Assembly (NCBI GenBank): GCA_001275005.1
Contig: JWZX01003359.1
Coordinates: 1-48,504 of the forward strand
DNA: 48,504 nucleotides
Direction: 5' to 3'
Origin: Chrysochromulina tobinii
Taxonomy: Eukaryota
Of the stretch, positions 27,342-36,239 are shown in pieces. Below the pieces are notes generated by a model. That model was not told where the DNA came from. It saw nothing but the letters and a program-made list of their open reading frames with translations, and did not search any database. A program made the position numbers and the translations under genes. The stretch's first letter is position 1. Each line of letters opens with the position of its first letter.

Positions 27342-28289
27342 ATGCTCGCCATCGCGAGTGCGTCATCGGCAGCACTGAGGCCGGTAGCAAGCATGAGGTC
27401 GGCGCGGCAGCAAGGCGTGGGGCCGCTGGCACAGTTGCACGGTGCCAGGCGGAGCCAGGCGCCGCCCGTGAGCTCTGCAACGCGCCATTTCATCAACTTG
27501 TCCAACGGCGCCGAGGCATTGCCACTCCTCGCAGGTCTCCCAGCCGAGCACGTGAGCTTTTGCCGCATCCAGTCGTCCCACTGTGAGGCGCAGGACTTTA
27601 ACGGCGTGCTGTCCAACCTGGACCATAACTTGCTCATGCACCTGGCGCTTGGCTTCGAGTGCCGCGTCTTCGACTTTGGATCCCGCGGCAACTATTGGAC
27701 CGTCAACGACGAAGACAACGTGGGCGACGGCAAGGGTGACGGCAGCAGCAGCGGCAGCAGCAGCAGCAGCAGCAGAAGCAGCAGCGAGGAGGTCGCTGGC
27801 GGCGGGGAGGAGGAGGAGCGAAGAGGAACCGAGGGCAGCAAGAGCCATGCCGAGAGCAGCGACCTCCTCAAGGGCGAGAAACAGTACGTTCCGCGTGCTA
27901 TTTGGTGGGGGCTTGAGTGGTCACGTTACGCGCTCAACACGCTGTGGCATCTCGAGACCGGGCCGGCATTGCTGCGCGGGTACAATGTGGAGGCCCTCTT
28001 TCGCTCGCGCATGAACATGATCCCCAAGCCGCTCGCGAAGCGGCTCAAGTACTATCGCAGCTACACGGCGCCGGAGCTGCGTGAGGTGCGCCTCCGTGGC
28101 TACTACGCGCAGACAGTGCTCGACGGCAACAAGATGGCGTACCGCGCCCTCTTGCTTGCCCATGCCGCGCGCTCAGCGGCGCAAGGCACTGCCAGTGGGG
28201 AGACCATGGGGGAGACGGACCCGTCAAATTTTGCTGCGCCTATGCGCTCTTATGACCCGCAGACCGCTCGTCGTGTGGGGATTGAATAG
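27342..28289 (+). CDS. Conserved-looking hypothetical protein with transit-peptide-like N-terminus
   Basis: Globular motifs HFINLSNG, FCRIQSSHCE, LLMHLALG..CRVFDFGSR and VPRAIWWGLEW, interrupted by a poly-Ser/acidic insert; strong GC3 codon bias. Confidence 0.7.
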   Translation: MLAIASASSAALRPVASMRSARQQGVGPLAQLHGARRSQAPPVSSATRHFINLSNGAEALPLLAGLPAEHVSFCRIQSSHCEAQDFNGVLSNLDHNLLMHLALGFECRVFDFGSRGNYWTVNDEDNVGDGKGDGSSSGSSSSSSRSSSEEVAGGGEEEERRGTEGSKSHAESSDLLKGEKQYVPRAIWWGLEWSRYALNTLWHLETGPALLRGYNVEALFRSRMNMIPKPLAKRLKYYRSYTAPELREVRLRGYYAQTVLDGNKMAYRALLLAHAARSAAQGTASGETMGETDPSNFAAPMRSYDPQTARRVGIE

Positions 28290-28664
28290 CGTGCACGGCA
28301 AAGGCCTTAAGCCAGCGATTCTAGGTAGAAGGATCTAGCAAGTGCAGCGAGTACGCATGTACGGTAGTAGGTGACACAGTCCGCACTCATGACCACTCGC
28401 CACTGAGCCGATGCGAGTCACCCCCGCTGACGCAACCGTGAGCCCGAGCAGCGGTCCGTCGACGGCACACCCCTGACTCGTGACGAGCCGCGCGCTCGGC
28501 GGTGTGTGCCGGGGGCGCGGTGGAGGGAGGGACGGGCGGGTCCGGACAACTCGGTTCATTAGTTCTTTTCAAAATGCGGACTTTTGAGACCACTTTTTTC
28601 GAGCACGTCGCCGCGGAAAAAACGCGGTGCTCCGAGACCCCCCCCTCCCGACCGATTGCTTTCA

Positions 28665-30233
28665 ATGTCGGCCGCTTCGCTTCCAGCGACGCCGCTGTCG
28701 ACACCGCGCATCGTGGCAATAGTTGACCCGATTTCGACGGGGGCGCAGCTGGCCAAATACTTAGCCAATCGCGGCTACGATCTTGTGCGCGTGTTCAGCG
28801 ATATCATTCCTGACAGCGTCAAGGGGCTCGTCGCAGAGGGTCTGGAAGTAGATTGGCTCGTGACCATCCAGCACGAAGGACGAGCCTCGGCGACGGCGAG
28901 GGCACTCAAGGGTCTCGGAGTCACCGATGTTATCGTCGGGTCTGAGCCAGGCGACACACCGCACGTGCACCTTGCCGCTGAATTCGGTGCAGACCTTCCA
29001 GCAGAAAAGCTTGAGCTACGCCGCAACAAGTACCTGCAGAGCGAGGCTGTCCGAGCGGCGGGGCTTGATGCCGTGCAGCAAATTTTAGCTCATACCCTCG
29101 ACGATTGCGAAGCCTTCATCAAGTCGGTCGAGGATCTTTGCCGTGGGAAAGCCTGCGTGGGCCAGTTGGTGACCCCATTTAAGGCGGTGGTGAAGCCGGT
29201 CGAAGGCGCTGGTTCAGATGGGGTCACCATCTGCAACTCGGCGGAGGCGGTGCGTGCAGCCTTCGCCAAGCTCGAAGGGACCAAAAACATCCTCGGCTTG
29301 CAGAATTACGCCGTGCTCTGCCAGGAGTTTTTGAGTGGCACCGAGTACGTGGTTGACACCGTCTCCCGTGACAGCGTGCACAAGGTGGTGGCGCTCTGGC
29401 GGTACGACAAGCGCGACTACTACGGCAGCCCGGTGGTATACCATGGGATGCGCCTGCTCAACGTAGAGTCAGACCCGACGATGCTGGGCCCGATGGTCAG
29501 CTACGTGGTCGCCGCGCTCGAAACCCTCGGGATCCGCGACGGCGCCATCCACACGGAGATCATGGCGACGCCCCGGGGGCCTGTGCTCGTCGAGTGCAAC
29601 TGCCGGCTGCACGGCGGCGAAGGCATCTGGATGCCCATCTCGCAGGCTTGCCTGGGATACACGCAGGTGTCAGCGCTGCACGATGCGTATTTCGCGCCGG
29701 AGGCCTTCGATCGCCTGCCAGTGACGCCGCGCCACCCTCTGGGCAAGCACGGTGCGTGGGTCACGATTCGCTCGCCCAAAGAAGGGACGATTAGCCAAAT
29801 CCACGAGGAGAAGATCATGCGCATTCGCGCGCTCCCTTCCTTTCTGGACGAGTACTTTGCACCGTGCATCAGCGTGGGCAGTCGCGTCCGGCAGACCGTG
29901 GACGCGACGACAGTACATGGCTGCTTCAACCTCGTGCACGAGGACGCGGCCGTGCTCGAGGCGGACTACGCGCTTGCGCAGGAGCTCATCAACGAGGGCC
30001 TCTTTTCCCTCGAGACGCCCAAAGCGGAGGAGGCGGACGTCGTGCGTGTCGCCAACGACGCGGGCTTCACACTCACGTTCGAGAGCGTTCATGGCCAGAT
30101 GCCTTCGCCTGTGCTCTCGCGCCATGGGGGCTCGTGGAAGACGCTCCCGAAGCCGAACGACGCTGCAAACGAGAAGAGCAAGGAGGTCGATGCAGCCATG
30201 CTGCGCCAGGTGCGGAGGGGGTGGCGCTTCTAG
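28665..30233 (+). CDS. ATP-grasp carboxylate-amine ligase (L-amino-acid ligase-like)
   Basis: IVDPISTG, RRNKY, VVKPVEGAGSDGV, QEFLSGTEYVVD and HTEI...GPVLVECNCRLHG ATP-grasp motifs. Confidence 0.88.
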   Translation: MSAASLPATPLSTPRIVAIVDPISTGAQLAKYLANRGYDLVRVFSDIIPDSVKGLVAEGLEVDWLVTIQHEGRASATARALKGLGVTDVIVGSEPGDTPHVHLAAEFGADLPAEKLELRRNKYLQSEAVRAAGLDAVQQILAHTLDDCEAFIKSVEDLCRGKACVGQLVTPFKAVVKPVEGAGSDGVTICNSAEAVRAAFAKLEGTKNILGLQNYAVLCQEFLSGTEYVVDTVSRDSVHKVVALWRYDKRDYYGSPVVYHGMRLLNVESDPTMLGPMVSYVVAALETLGIRDGAIHTEIMATPRGPVLVECNCRLHGGEGIWMPISQACLGYTQVSALHDAYFAPEAFDRLPVTPRHPLGKHGAWVTIRSPKEGTISQIHEEKIMRIRALPSFLDEYFAPCISVGSRVRQTVDATTVHGCFNLVHEDAAVLEADYALAQELINEGLFSLETPKAEEADVVRVANDAGFTLTFESVHGQMPSPVLSRHGGSWKTLPKPNDAANEKSKEVDAAMLRQVRRGWRF

Positions 30234-31445
30234 GACCTAGAACGGCCCAAGCCTCACGCCAAACTTTGCTGCGCCAGGTTAAGCGCCACGTCCGGCATGG
30301 GCGGGTGCGGAGGTTGTTCTTGCACTGTCATGCTCCTGTATGCGCGTGGTGCGCCTGAACCCGACCCCACACATCTTCGTATCACGTATGCATGCGTATA
30401 TGGTTCGGATACATTGTGTCTGAAATGTGTGTATGCGGCGCAGTCTCTGCGGACTGCGCGCGCACGGTGGCGGCCCCGGTTGGCGGTTGCGGCGCGCGGC
30501 GACGGGGTCCCCTCGAGGCCGAGGGAGCCCGAGCAGTGCGGCAGACCGGATCTAGCATCGTCTAGTACGATTTTTTAACACTCGTCCTCACCTTTGTCGT
30601 CCGCGTCGGTCGGTTCTCGCAAAGCCGTTTTGACACACCAAGGAGTGCGCCGCGGCCCCTTGCTCCACTATTGTCCATCGGCCATCGAGATCGACCATGG
30701 ACTAACGCCATTGTGCGATTGTGGACCTCCTCCGCCTCCGACCGGCCGTATACTGCTAGCTGAGCCTGAGGAGAGGCCTCACAAGGACGAGAATCGAAGG
30801 AGGATCAAGATACCGGTAGCTGCGCGCCCTGAGATGAGCGTTTGGCTGATGCCGGTCTGATAGGGGGGAAAGGGGGAAATTTTTAGGGTGGAATTTTTTC
30901 GGCCCAATCCCATTTGGAAAAAGCCCGCGCACAGTTGCGTGCAGATTCTCATGCAAGTTGGCGGAATGGGCGCCCCTGAGGGCTCTTCGGTGGGTGCGAC
31001 AGCCGAGGCGGGGCGGCGGGGACTTACCACCGGACGAGCTCGTCCACCCCCGGAGTGCGCCGCTCCGAGGATTCTCGAGCTCGCGCTCGCGCTCCACGAC
31101 GGGTACGGGCTCGAGGCGGCGACAACGCAGCAGGATTCTGCCACCTCTTGGGGCTCGAACATCTTTGGCGACTTGGAGTTGCTCGTCGTCTTTCTCGCCA
31201 ACATTAAGTCTGCTTTCAATCCAACGCGCAAGGAGAGGCATTCGGGGACGTTCGCCATTCTCCTGCTGCTGGAGGGTGGCGTGTGGCTCGTGCCCGTGGT
31301 GGAGGCTTCCCCCCTTCTCGCCCTTCTCAGGGCGGTGACCACCCCTCTTCCGTTCACGATGGCGACGCTCGCTCTCGGCTGCCTGGTTCAAGTCCTCGCG
31401 GTGCACCCCGCCTGCCCCCCCGCCTCCATCGCGGGGTCGCCGCCC

Positions 31446-34400
31446 ATGGGCGCTGGTACAGTGACCTCCAGATGTGTGTCGAGCCGAGCCTCTGCTCGGC
31501 GCGGCTCGGTGGGCCGCTTCGGATCCGCGCCTCGACTTGCGCGCATCTTCTTTCTCCTCATGGCGTTGGCCTTCTTGGGCATCACCAGCGCGAAGCCGCC
31601 ACCGCCGCCGTATTCCCCACCTGTGCCGTTGCCGCCGCCGCCGCCGCCTCCGCCCCCGTCGCCGCCGTTGCCGCCGTCGCCGCCGTCGCCGTCGTTGCCC
31701 CCGCCGTTCTCGCCAGCTCAGCCTCCCAGACCAGCGCAGCCTGGCTGGCACGTCGAACCCCAGGGCCGCAGGCGTTACCCTCCCCCACGGGACTATGCGC
31801 AGGACCTCCAGCCGGGCGGCCACCCGACAGCGTTCGCACCACCTAACTGCTCTGCATCAGGGCGGGTGGGCTGCGTTGCGATGCCCAGGCCGGCCCGTGC
31901 CAAGCCTGCAGCAGGCGTTCGAGCTGCGCTCTTACCACCGGCTTGCTCCTTGTCCTCCGAGCCCGGATGCCTGCGCCTTCCCAAGCCTTTGGCGAGGACG
32001 GGGAACGAGCCGCTCGGTAGTGGCGAAGCTGTCCTTCGATTCAGGGATAGCTTCGCTGTGATGACGCCCGACGCGGCGATGCTCGCGGTGTTCGATCACA
32101 CACAGTCGATCGCGGCGGCGGACGTTGACGGCGATGGCGACCTCGACCTGCTGCTTGGGAACAGTGGAAATCCCAGCCAAGTGCTGCTCAACGCGGGCGA
32201 CGGCACCTTCCCGAGCAGTATCGTGCTGCCCGGCGGCAGTGTCGGCACGAGGTCGATCGCGGCGGCGGACGTGGACGGCGACGGCGACTTCGACCTGCTG
32301 CTTGGGAACGATGGCAGTCCCAGCCAAGTGTTGTTCAACGCGGGCGACGGCACCTTCCCGACGAGCATGGAGCTGCCCGGCGGCAGAGCGTTCACGACTT
32401 CGATCGCGGCGGCGGACGTGGACGGCGACGGCGACCTCGACGTGCTGCTCGGGAACTATGACAGAGCCAGCCGAGTGCTGCTCAACGCGGGTGACGGCAC
32501 CTTCCCGACGAGCATCGAGCTGGCCGGCGGCAGCGCGTCAACGTACTCGACGTACTCGATCGCGGCAGCGGACGTGGACGGCGACGGCGACCTCGACGTG
32601 CTGCTCGGGAACTATCGCATTGCCAGCCGAGTGTTGCTCAACGCGGGTGACGGCACCTTCCCAACGAGCATCGAGCTGCCCGTAATTTCTTTAAGCCACA
32701 CGTCCTCGATCGCGGCGGCGGACGTGGACGGCGATGGCGACCTCGACCTGCTGCTCGGGAACTATGGCGATCCCAGCCAAGTACTGCTCAACGCGGGCAA
32801 CGGGACCTTCCCGACGAGCACCACGCTACCCGGCGGCAGCGCGTTCACGACTTCGATCGCGGCGGCGGACGTGGACGGCGACGGCGACCTTGACGTGCTG
32901 CTTGGGAACGATGGCGCAACCACACAATCAAAAGGTCTCAAGCCCAGCCGAGTGCTGCTCAACGCGGGCGATGGCACCTTCCCGACGAGCATCGAGCTTC
33001 CCGGCAGCACCCAAAAGACGTCATCGATAGCGGCGGCGGACATGGACGGCGACGGCGACCTCGACGTGCTGCTTGGGAACGATGGCGGTGTCAGCCGAGT
33101 GATGCACAACTCGAACTACGTCGCTTCCCGCATGAGCATTGAGCTGCCCGCCAAGAGCGACAACACGCTATCGATAGCGGCGGCGGACGTGGACGGCGAC
33201 GGCGACCTCGACGTGCTGCTCGGGAACTATGGCGAGCCCAGCCGAGTGCTGCTCAACGCGGGCGACGGCACCTTCCCGACGAGCATCGAGCTGCCCAGCG
33301 GCAACGCGTCAACGTGGTCGATCGCGGCGGCGGACATGGACGGCGACGGTGACCTCGACGTGCTTCTTGGGAACTACGATGGCGAGCCCAGCCGAGTGCT
33401 GCTCAATGCGGGCGACGGCACCTTCCCGACGAGCATGGAGCTGTCAGGCGGCGGTGCGATAACATCGTCGATCGCGGCGGCGGACGTGGACGGCGATGGC
33501 GACCTCGATATTCTGCTTGTGAACTATGGCAGTCCCAGCCGAGTGTTGTTCAACGCGGGTGACGGCACCTTCCCGACGGGCATCGAGCTGCCCGGCCCAA
33601 TCCTCACGTCCTCGATCGCGGCGGCGGACGTGGATGGCGACGGCGACCTCGACCTGCTGCTTGGGAGCTATCGCAATCCCAGCCAAGTGCTGCTCAACGC
33701 TGGCAACGGCACATTCCCGACGAGCATGGACCTTCCCGGTGGCGGCGCGTTCACGATTTCGATCGCGGCGGCGGACGTGGACGGCGACGGCGACCTCGAC
33801 GTGCTGCTTGGGAACTATGGCGAAGCCAACTATCCCGGTACCAAGCCCAGCCGAGTGCTGCTCAACGCGGGCGACGGCACCTTCCCGACGATCATCGCGC
33901 TACCTGGCGGCATCACGTTAACGTGGTCGATCGCGGCGGCGGACGTGGACGGCGACGGCGACCTCGACGTGCTGCTTGGGAACTATGGCGAGCCCAGCCG
34001 AGTGTTGTTCAACGCGGGCGACGGCACCTTCCCGACGAGCATGGAGCTGCCCGGCGGCGGCGCGTTCACGAGGTCGATCGTGGTGGCGGACATGGACGCC
34101 GACGGCAACCTCGACGTGCTGCTTGGGAACTCGGGCAGTCCCAGCCGTCTGCTGCCCTCTATCAGATGCTCTCAGCCTGGCACGGCACGCAGCCGCTTTG
34201 GCAGCGCCTGCGTACGCTGCCCCGCTCCCTCGTCACGCCGCGACGATGATTTCGATGTCTGCTACGAGTGTGAAGAGCACAAGGAGGTCGATGGCCGCGG
34301 CGAATGCTCCTTCTGCAAGCCCGGCTACGATCGCTCTGTGGGAGGCGCGGAGTGCACTGCCTGCCCGCGCGGCAAGCGCCAAGGTAAGGCTGGCACACCC

Positions 34401-36068
34401 TGTGTCGACTGCTCCGCGGGCACGTACGGTAAGAATGACGGCCTCTTTGGCCCCAAATGCTCGGATTGCGAGCAGGGTAGCTTCTGCCCGCCAGGCGCCG
34501 CGGTACCGGTGCCATGCCACGAGGGCAGCTCATCGAGCGCGACCGACCTCGAGCGCGATGACCAGTGTGCGCCGCTGACACCACCTGCTCGGATTGATGG
34601 TACAGCCACCTCAAGTGGCATGATGGTACAGCCACTTGAGGTGGCAGCCCTCGCCTCCGGTTTTGTACTTCTCCTGGCGCTTCTCGTGGCGAAGGCTTGG
34701 CGTCAGTGGCGGCCAAGGCACACACGGAAGCTCACCCACCCGTCTGGGAACAATTCCGTGTCCTTGAACGAGGTGTCACTTTGGGCGACCCAACTGCGGG
34801 GGCGCCTCTCGGGTTCGGCAAGTACCGCCACAGTGCGCTCGGAGGAGCCGACGCAGCTCGAGGTGGTGGACTTCTCGACGCTTGCGATGGGCAGGCCGAT
34901 CGGCCAAGGCGGCTTCGCGACCGTCTGGACTGCGCGGTGGCAGGGCAACAACCTCGCTGTAAAGGTGCTCAACATGGAGCAGGATACCATCGACGAGTCG
35001 GCTGCGCATCAGGAGATTGCCATTCTCCAGGAGGTGGCCATCCTGCGTCGCCTGCGCCACCCGTGCATCTGCGCCCTCTTCGGCCACATGCGGGTTGACA
35101 AGCGGCCCGCGCTCGTTCTCGAGTACATGGCCGGCGGCTCTCTCGCCGCATACCTCTTCAACAAGTCAAGATTGCCCCCCGGGGAAGGCGTCCAGGCCAG
35201 CGCCTCGGGCATCAATGCGGCGTGGGGCCACCTCATGAGCGTGTTGAGGTCAGCCTCAGCGCCGGTCGCACCGCAAGCGTCGCTCGGCCGCCAGCTGATG
35301 GATCCGCTGCCACGCCCGCTGCTACGCCCACCCCTGGACGACAAGAAGATGTGCTTCGCCTTGCAGCTGGCGAGCGGGCTGTGCTTCCTTCACTCGCACG
35401 GCATCCTGCACCACGATATCAAGACGGATAATGCACTGCTCGACGCGCACTACACGGTGTGCAAACTCGCCGATTTTGGTTTGGCGAGCCTCAGCCTGAA
35501 CTACGCGCGTCATACTAGCACGAATACGGTGGCGGGCACACTGCGGTATCTGGCGCCCGAAAAGGTGGAGGAGTCGCCCCGCCACGCGCTCGTGAGCGGC
35601 GATAGTAGCGACGGCCATGGCGGCAGCAGCGTCAGCCTCAGCCTGGGCCGCGCGCTCGTCAGGTTGGAGGACCGCGCAGATGTCTATGCCTTTGGACTCT
35701 TGCTCTGGGAGCTCATGCATGAGCGCCGCGCCTTTGAGGGTATGGAGGGGATAGCTGCTTTCTTGGGCGCCTGCGATGGGCTTCGGCCACAATTCTCGGA
35801 GGCCTGTCATCGCGATTTGATGATCCCGGCACTCACGGCCGAGTGTTGGGCGCAGCGTCCAGAGGACCGCCCGAGCATGAGCACCGTGCTCGAGAGGCTC
35901 GAAGCGTGCATGCAAGCCCTCTTCGGATGGGACCCGTCCTCTCACAACCTCTCGCTTCTGCAACCGATGGACTCGTCGATGGATCAGCACTCAAGCGCTC
36001 GTGAACAAGGTACATCTGTTTCGGCCCAGCGAGGCGAATACCCGTCAGACAGGGCCGAACAAAGCTAA
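31446..36068 (+). CDS. Single-pass receptor kinase: signal/anchor, Pro-rich segment, 14 FG-GAP (integrin-alpha/VCBS-like) repeats, Cys-rich GCC2/GCC3-like repeats, TM helix, TKL-group kinase (non-RD)
   Basis: Hydrophobic IFFLLMALAFLGITSA; 14x SIAAADVDGDGDLDVLLGN; CxxC repeats at ~34167-34570; TM VAALASGFVLLLALLVA at ~34641-34690; kinase motifs GQGGFATV, AVK, HHDIKTDN, DFG, GTLRYLAPE and DVYAFG. Start uncertain (31446 or 31560). Confidence 0.92.
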   Translation: MGAGTVTSRCVSSRASARRGSVGRFGSAPRLARIFFLLMALAFLGITSAKPPPPPYSPPVPLPPPPPPPPPSPPLPPSPPSPSLPPPFSPAQPPRPAQPGWHVEPQGRRRYPPPRDYAQDLQPGGHPTAFAPPNCSASGRVGCVAMPRPARAKPAAGVRAALLPPACSLSSEPGCLRLPKPLARTGNEPLGSGEAVLRFRDSFAVMTPDAAMLAVFDHTQSIAAADVDGDGDLDLLLGNSGNPSQVLLNAGDGTFPSSIVLPGGSVGTRSIAAADVDGDGDFDLLLGNDGSPSQVLFNAGDGTFPTSMELPGGRAFTTSIAAADVDGDGDLDVLLGNYDRASRVLLNAGDGTFPTSIELAGGSASTYSTYSIAAADVDGDGDLDVLLGNYRIASRVLLNAGDGTFPTSIELPVISLSHTSSIAAADVDGDGDLDLLLGNYGDPSQVLLNAGNGTFPTSTTLPGGSAFTTSIAAADVDGDGDLDVLLGNDGATTQSKGLKPSRVLLNAGDGTFPTSIELPGSTQKTSSIAAADMDGDGDLDVLLGNDGGVSRVMHNSNYVASRMSIELPAKSDNTLSIAAADVDGDGDLDVLLGNYGEPSRVLLNAGDGTFPTSIELPSGNASTWSIAAADMDGDGDLDVLLGNYDGEPSRVLLNAGDGTFPTSMELSGGGAITSSIAAADVDGDGDLDILLVNYGSPSRVLFNAGDGTFPTGIELPGPILTSSIAAADVDGDGDLDLLLGSYRNPSQVLLNAGNGTFPTSMDLPGGGAFTISIAAADVDGDGDLDVLLGNYGEANYPGTKPSRVLLNAGDGTFPTIIALPGGITLTWSIAAADVDGDGDLDVLLGNYGEPSRVLFNAGDGTFPTSMELPGGGAFTRSIVVADMDADGNLDVLLGNSGSPSRLLPSIRCSQPGTARSRFGSACVRCPAPSSRRDDDFDVCYECEEHKEVDGRGECSFCKPGYDRSVGGAECTACPRGKRQGKAGTPCVDCSAGTYGKNDGLFGPKCSDCEQGSFCPPGAAVPVPCHEGSSSSATDLERDDQCAPLTPPARIDGTATSSGMMVQPLEVAALASGFVLLLALLVAKAWRQWRPRHTRKLTHPSGNNSVSLNEVSLWATQLRGRLSGSASTATVRSEEPTQLEVVDFSTLAMGRPIGQGGFATVWTARWQGNNLAVKVLNMEQDTIDESAAHQEIAILQEVAILRRLRHPCICALFGHMRVDKRPALVLEYMAGGSLAAYLFNKSRLPPGEGVQASASGINAAWGHLMSVLRSASAPVAPQASLGRQLMDPLPRPLLRPPLDDKKMCFALQLASGLCFLHSHGILHHDIKTDNALLDAHYTVCKLADFGLASLSLNYARHTSTNTVAGTLRYLAPEKVEESPRHALVSGDSSDGHGGSSVSLSLGRALVRLEDRADVYAFGLLLWELMHERRAFEGMEGIAAFLGACDGLRPQFSEACHRDLMIPALTAECWAQRPEDRPSMSTVLERLEACMQALFGWDPSSHNLSLLQPMDSSMDQHSSAREQGTSVSAQRGEYPSDRAEQS
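32106..34150 (+). repeat. Coding tandem array of 14 units of 144-171 bp (modal 147 bp)
   Basis: Unit starts (TCGAT[C/A]G) at 32106, 32253, 32400, 32556, 32706, 32853, 33024, 33171, 33318, 33468, 33612, 33759, 33927 and 34074. Confidence 0.97.
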
Positions 36069-36239
36069 TACCAGAAATCCAGATGGACAAAGCCGTGAAC
36101 AAAGCGTTGTCGGTCTAGTGGAGTGTCTCGTGTTGGCTGTTGCGTTTCAAACCGTATAATGTCGCTCACGTCGTGTTCACGGTGTCGTGAACAACTCGTG
36201 TGTTCATGATACGTTAATACGATCTATGGAATATCGCTG

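Noticed and set aside
30888..31445. N-terminal 186-aa extension of the receptor kinase ORF
   Set aside because: It starts at GTG, precedes the signal-like hydrophobic segment and has no recognisable domain; more likely upstream or UTR sequence.
32106..34150. CRISPR array or diversity-generating retroelement explanation for the constant/variable repeat pattern
   Set aside because: The units are in-frame protein repeats of ~147 bp, there is no cas or reverse transcriptase gene in the window, and variation includes indels and is not confined to adenines.
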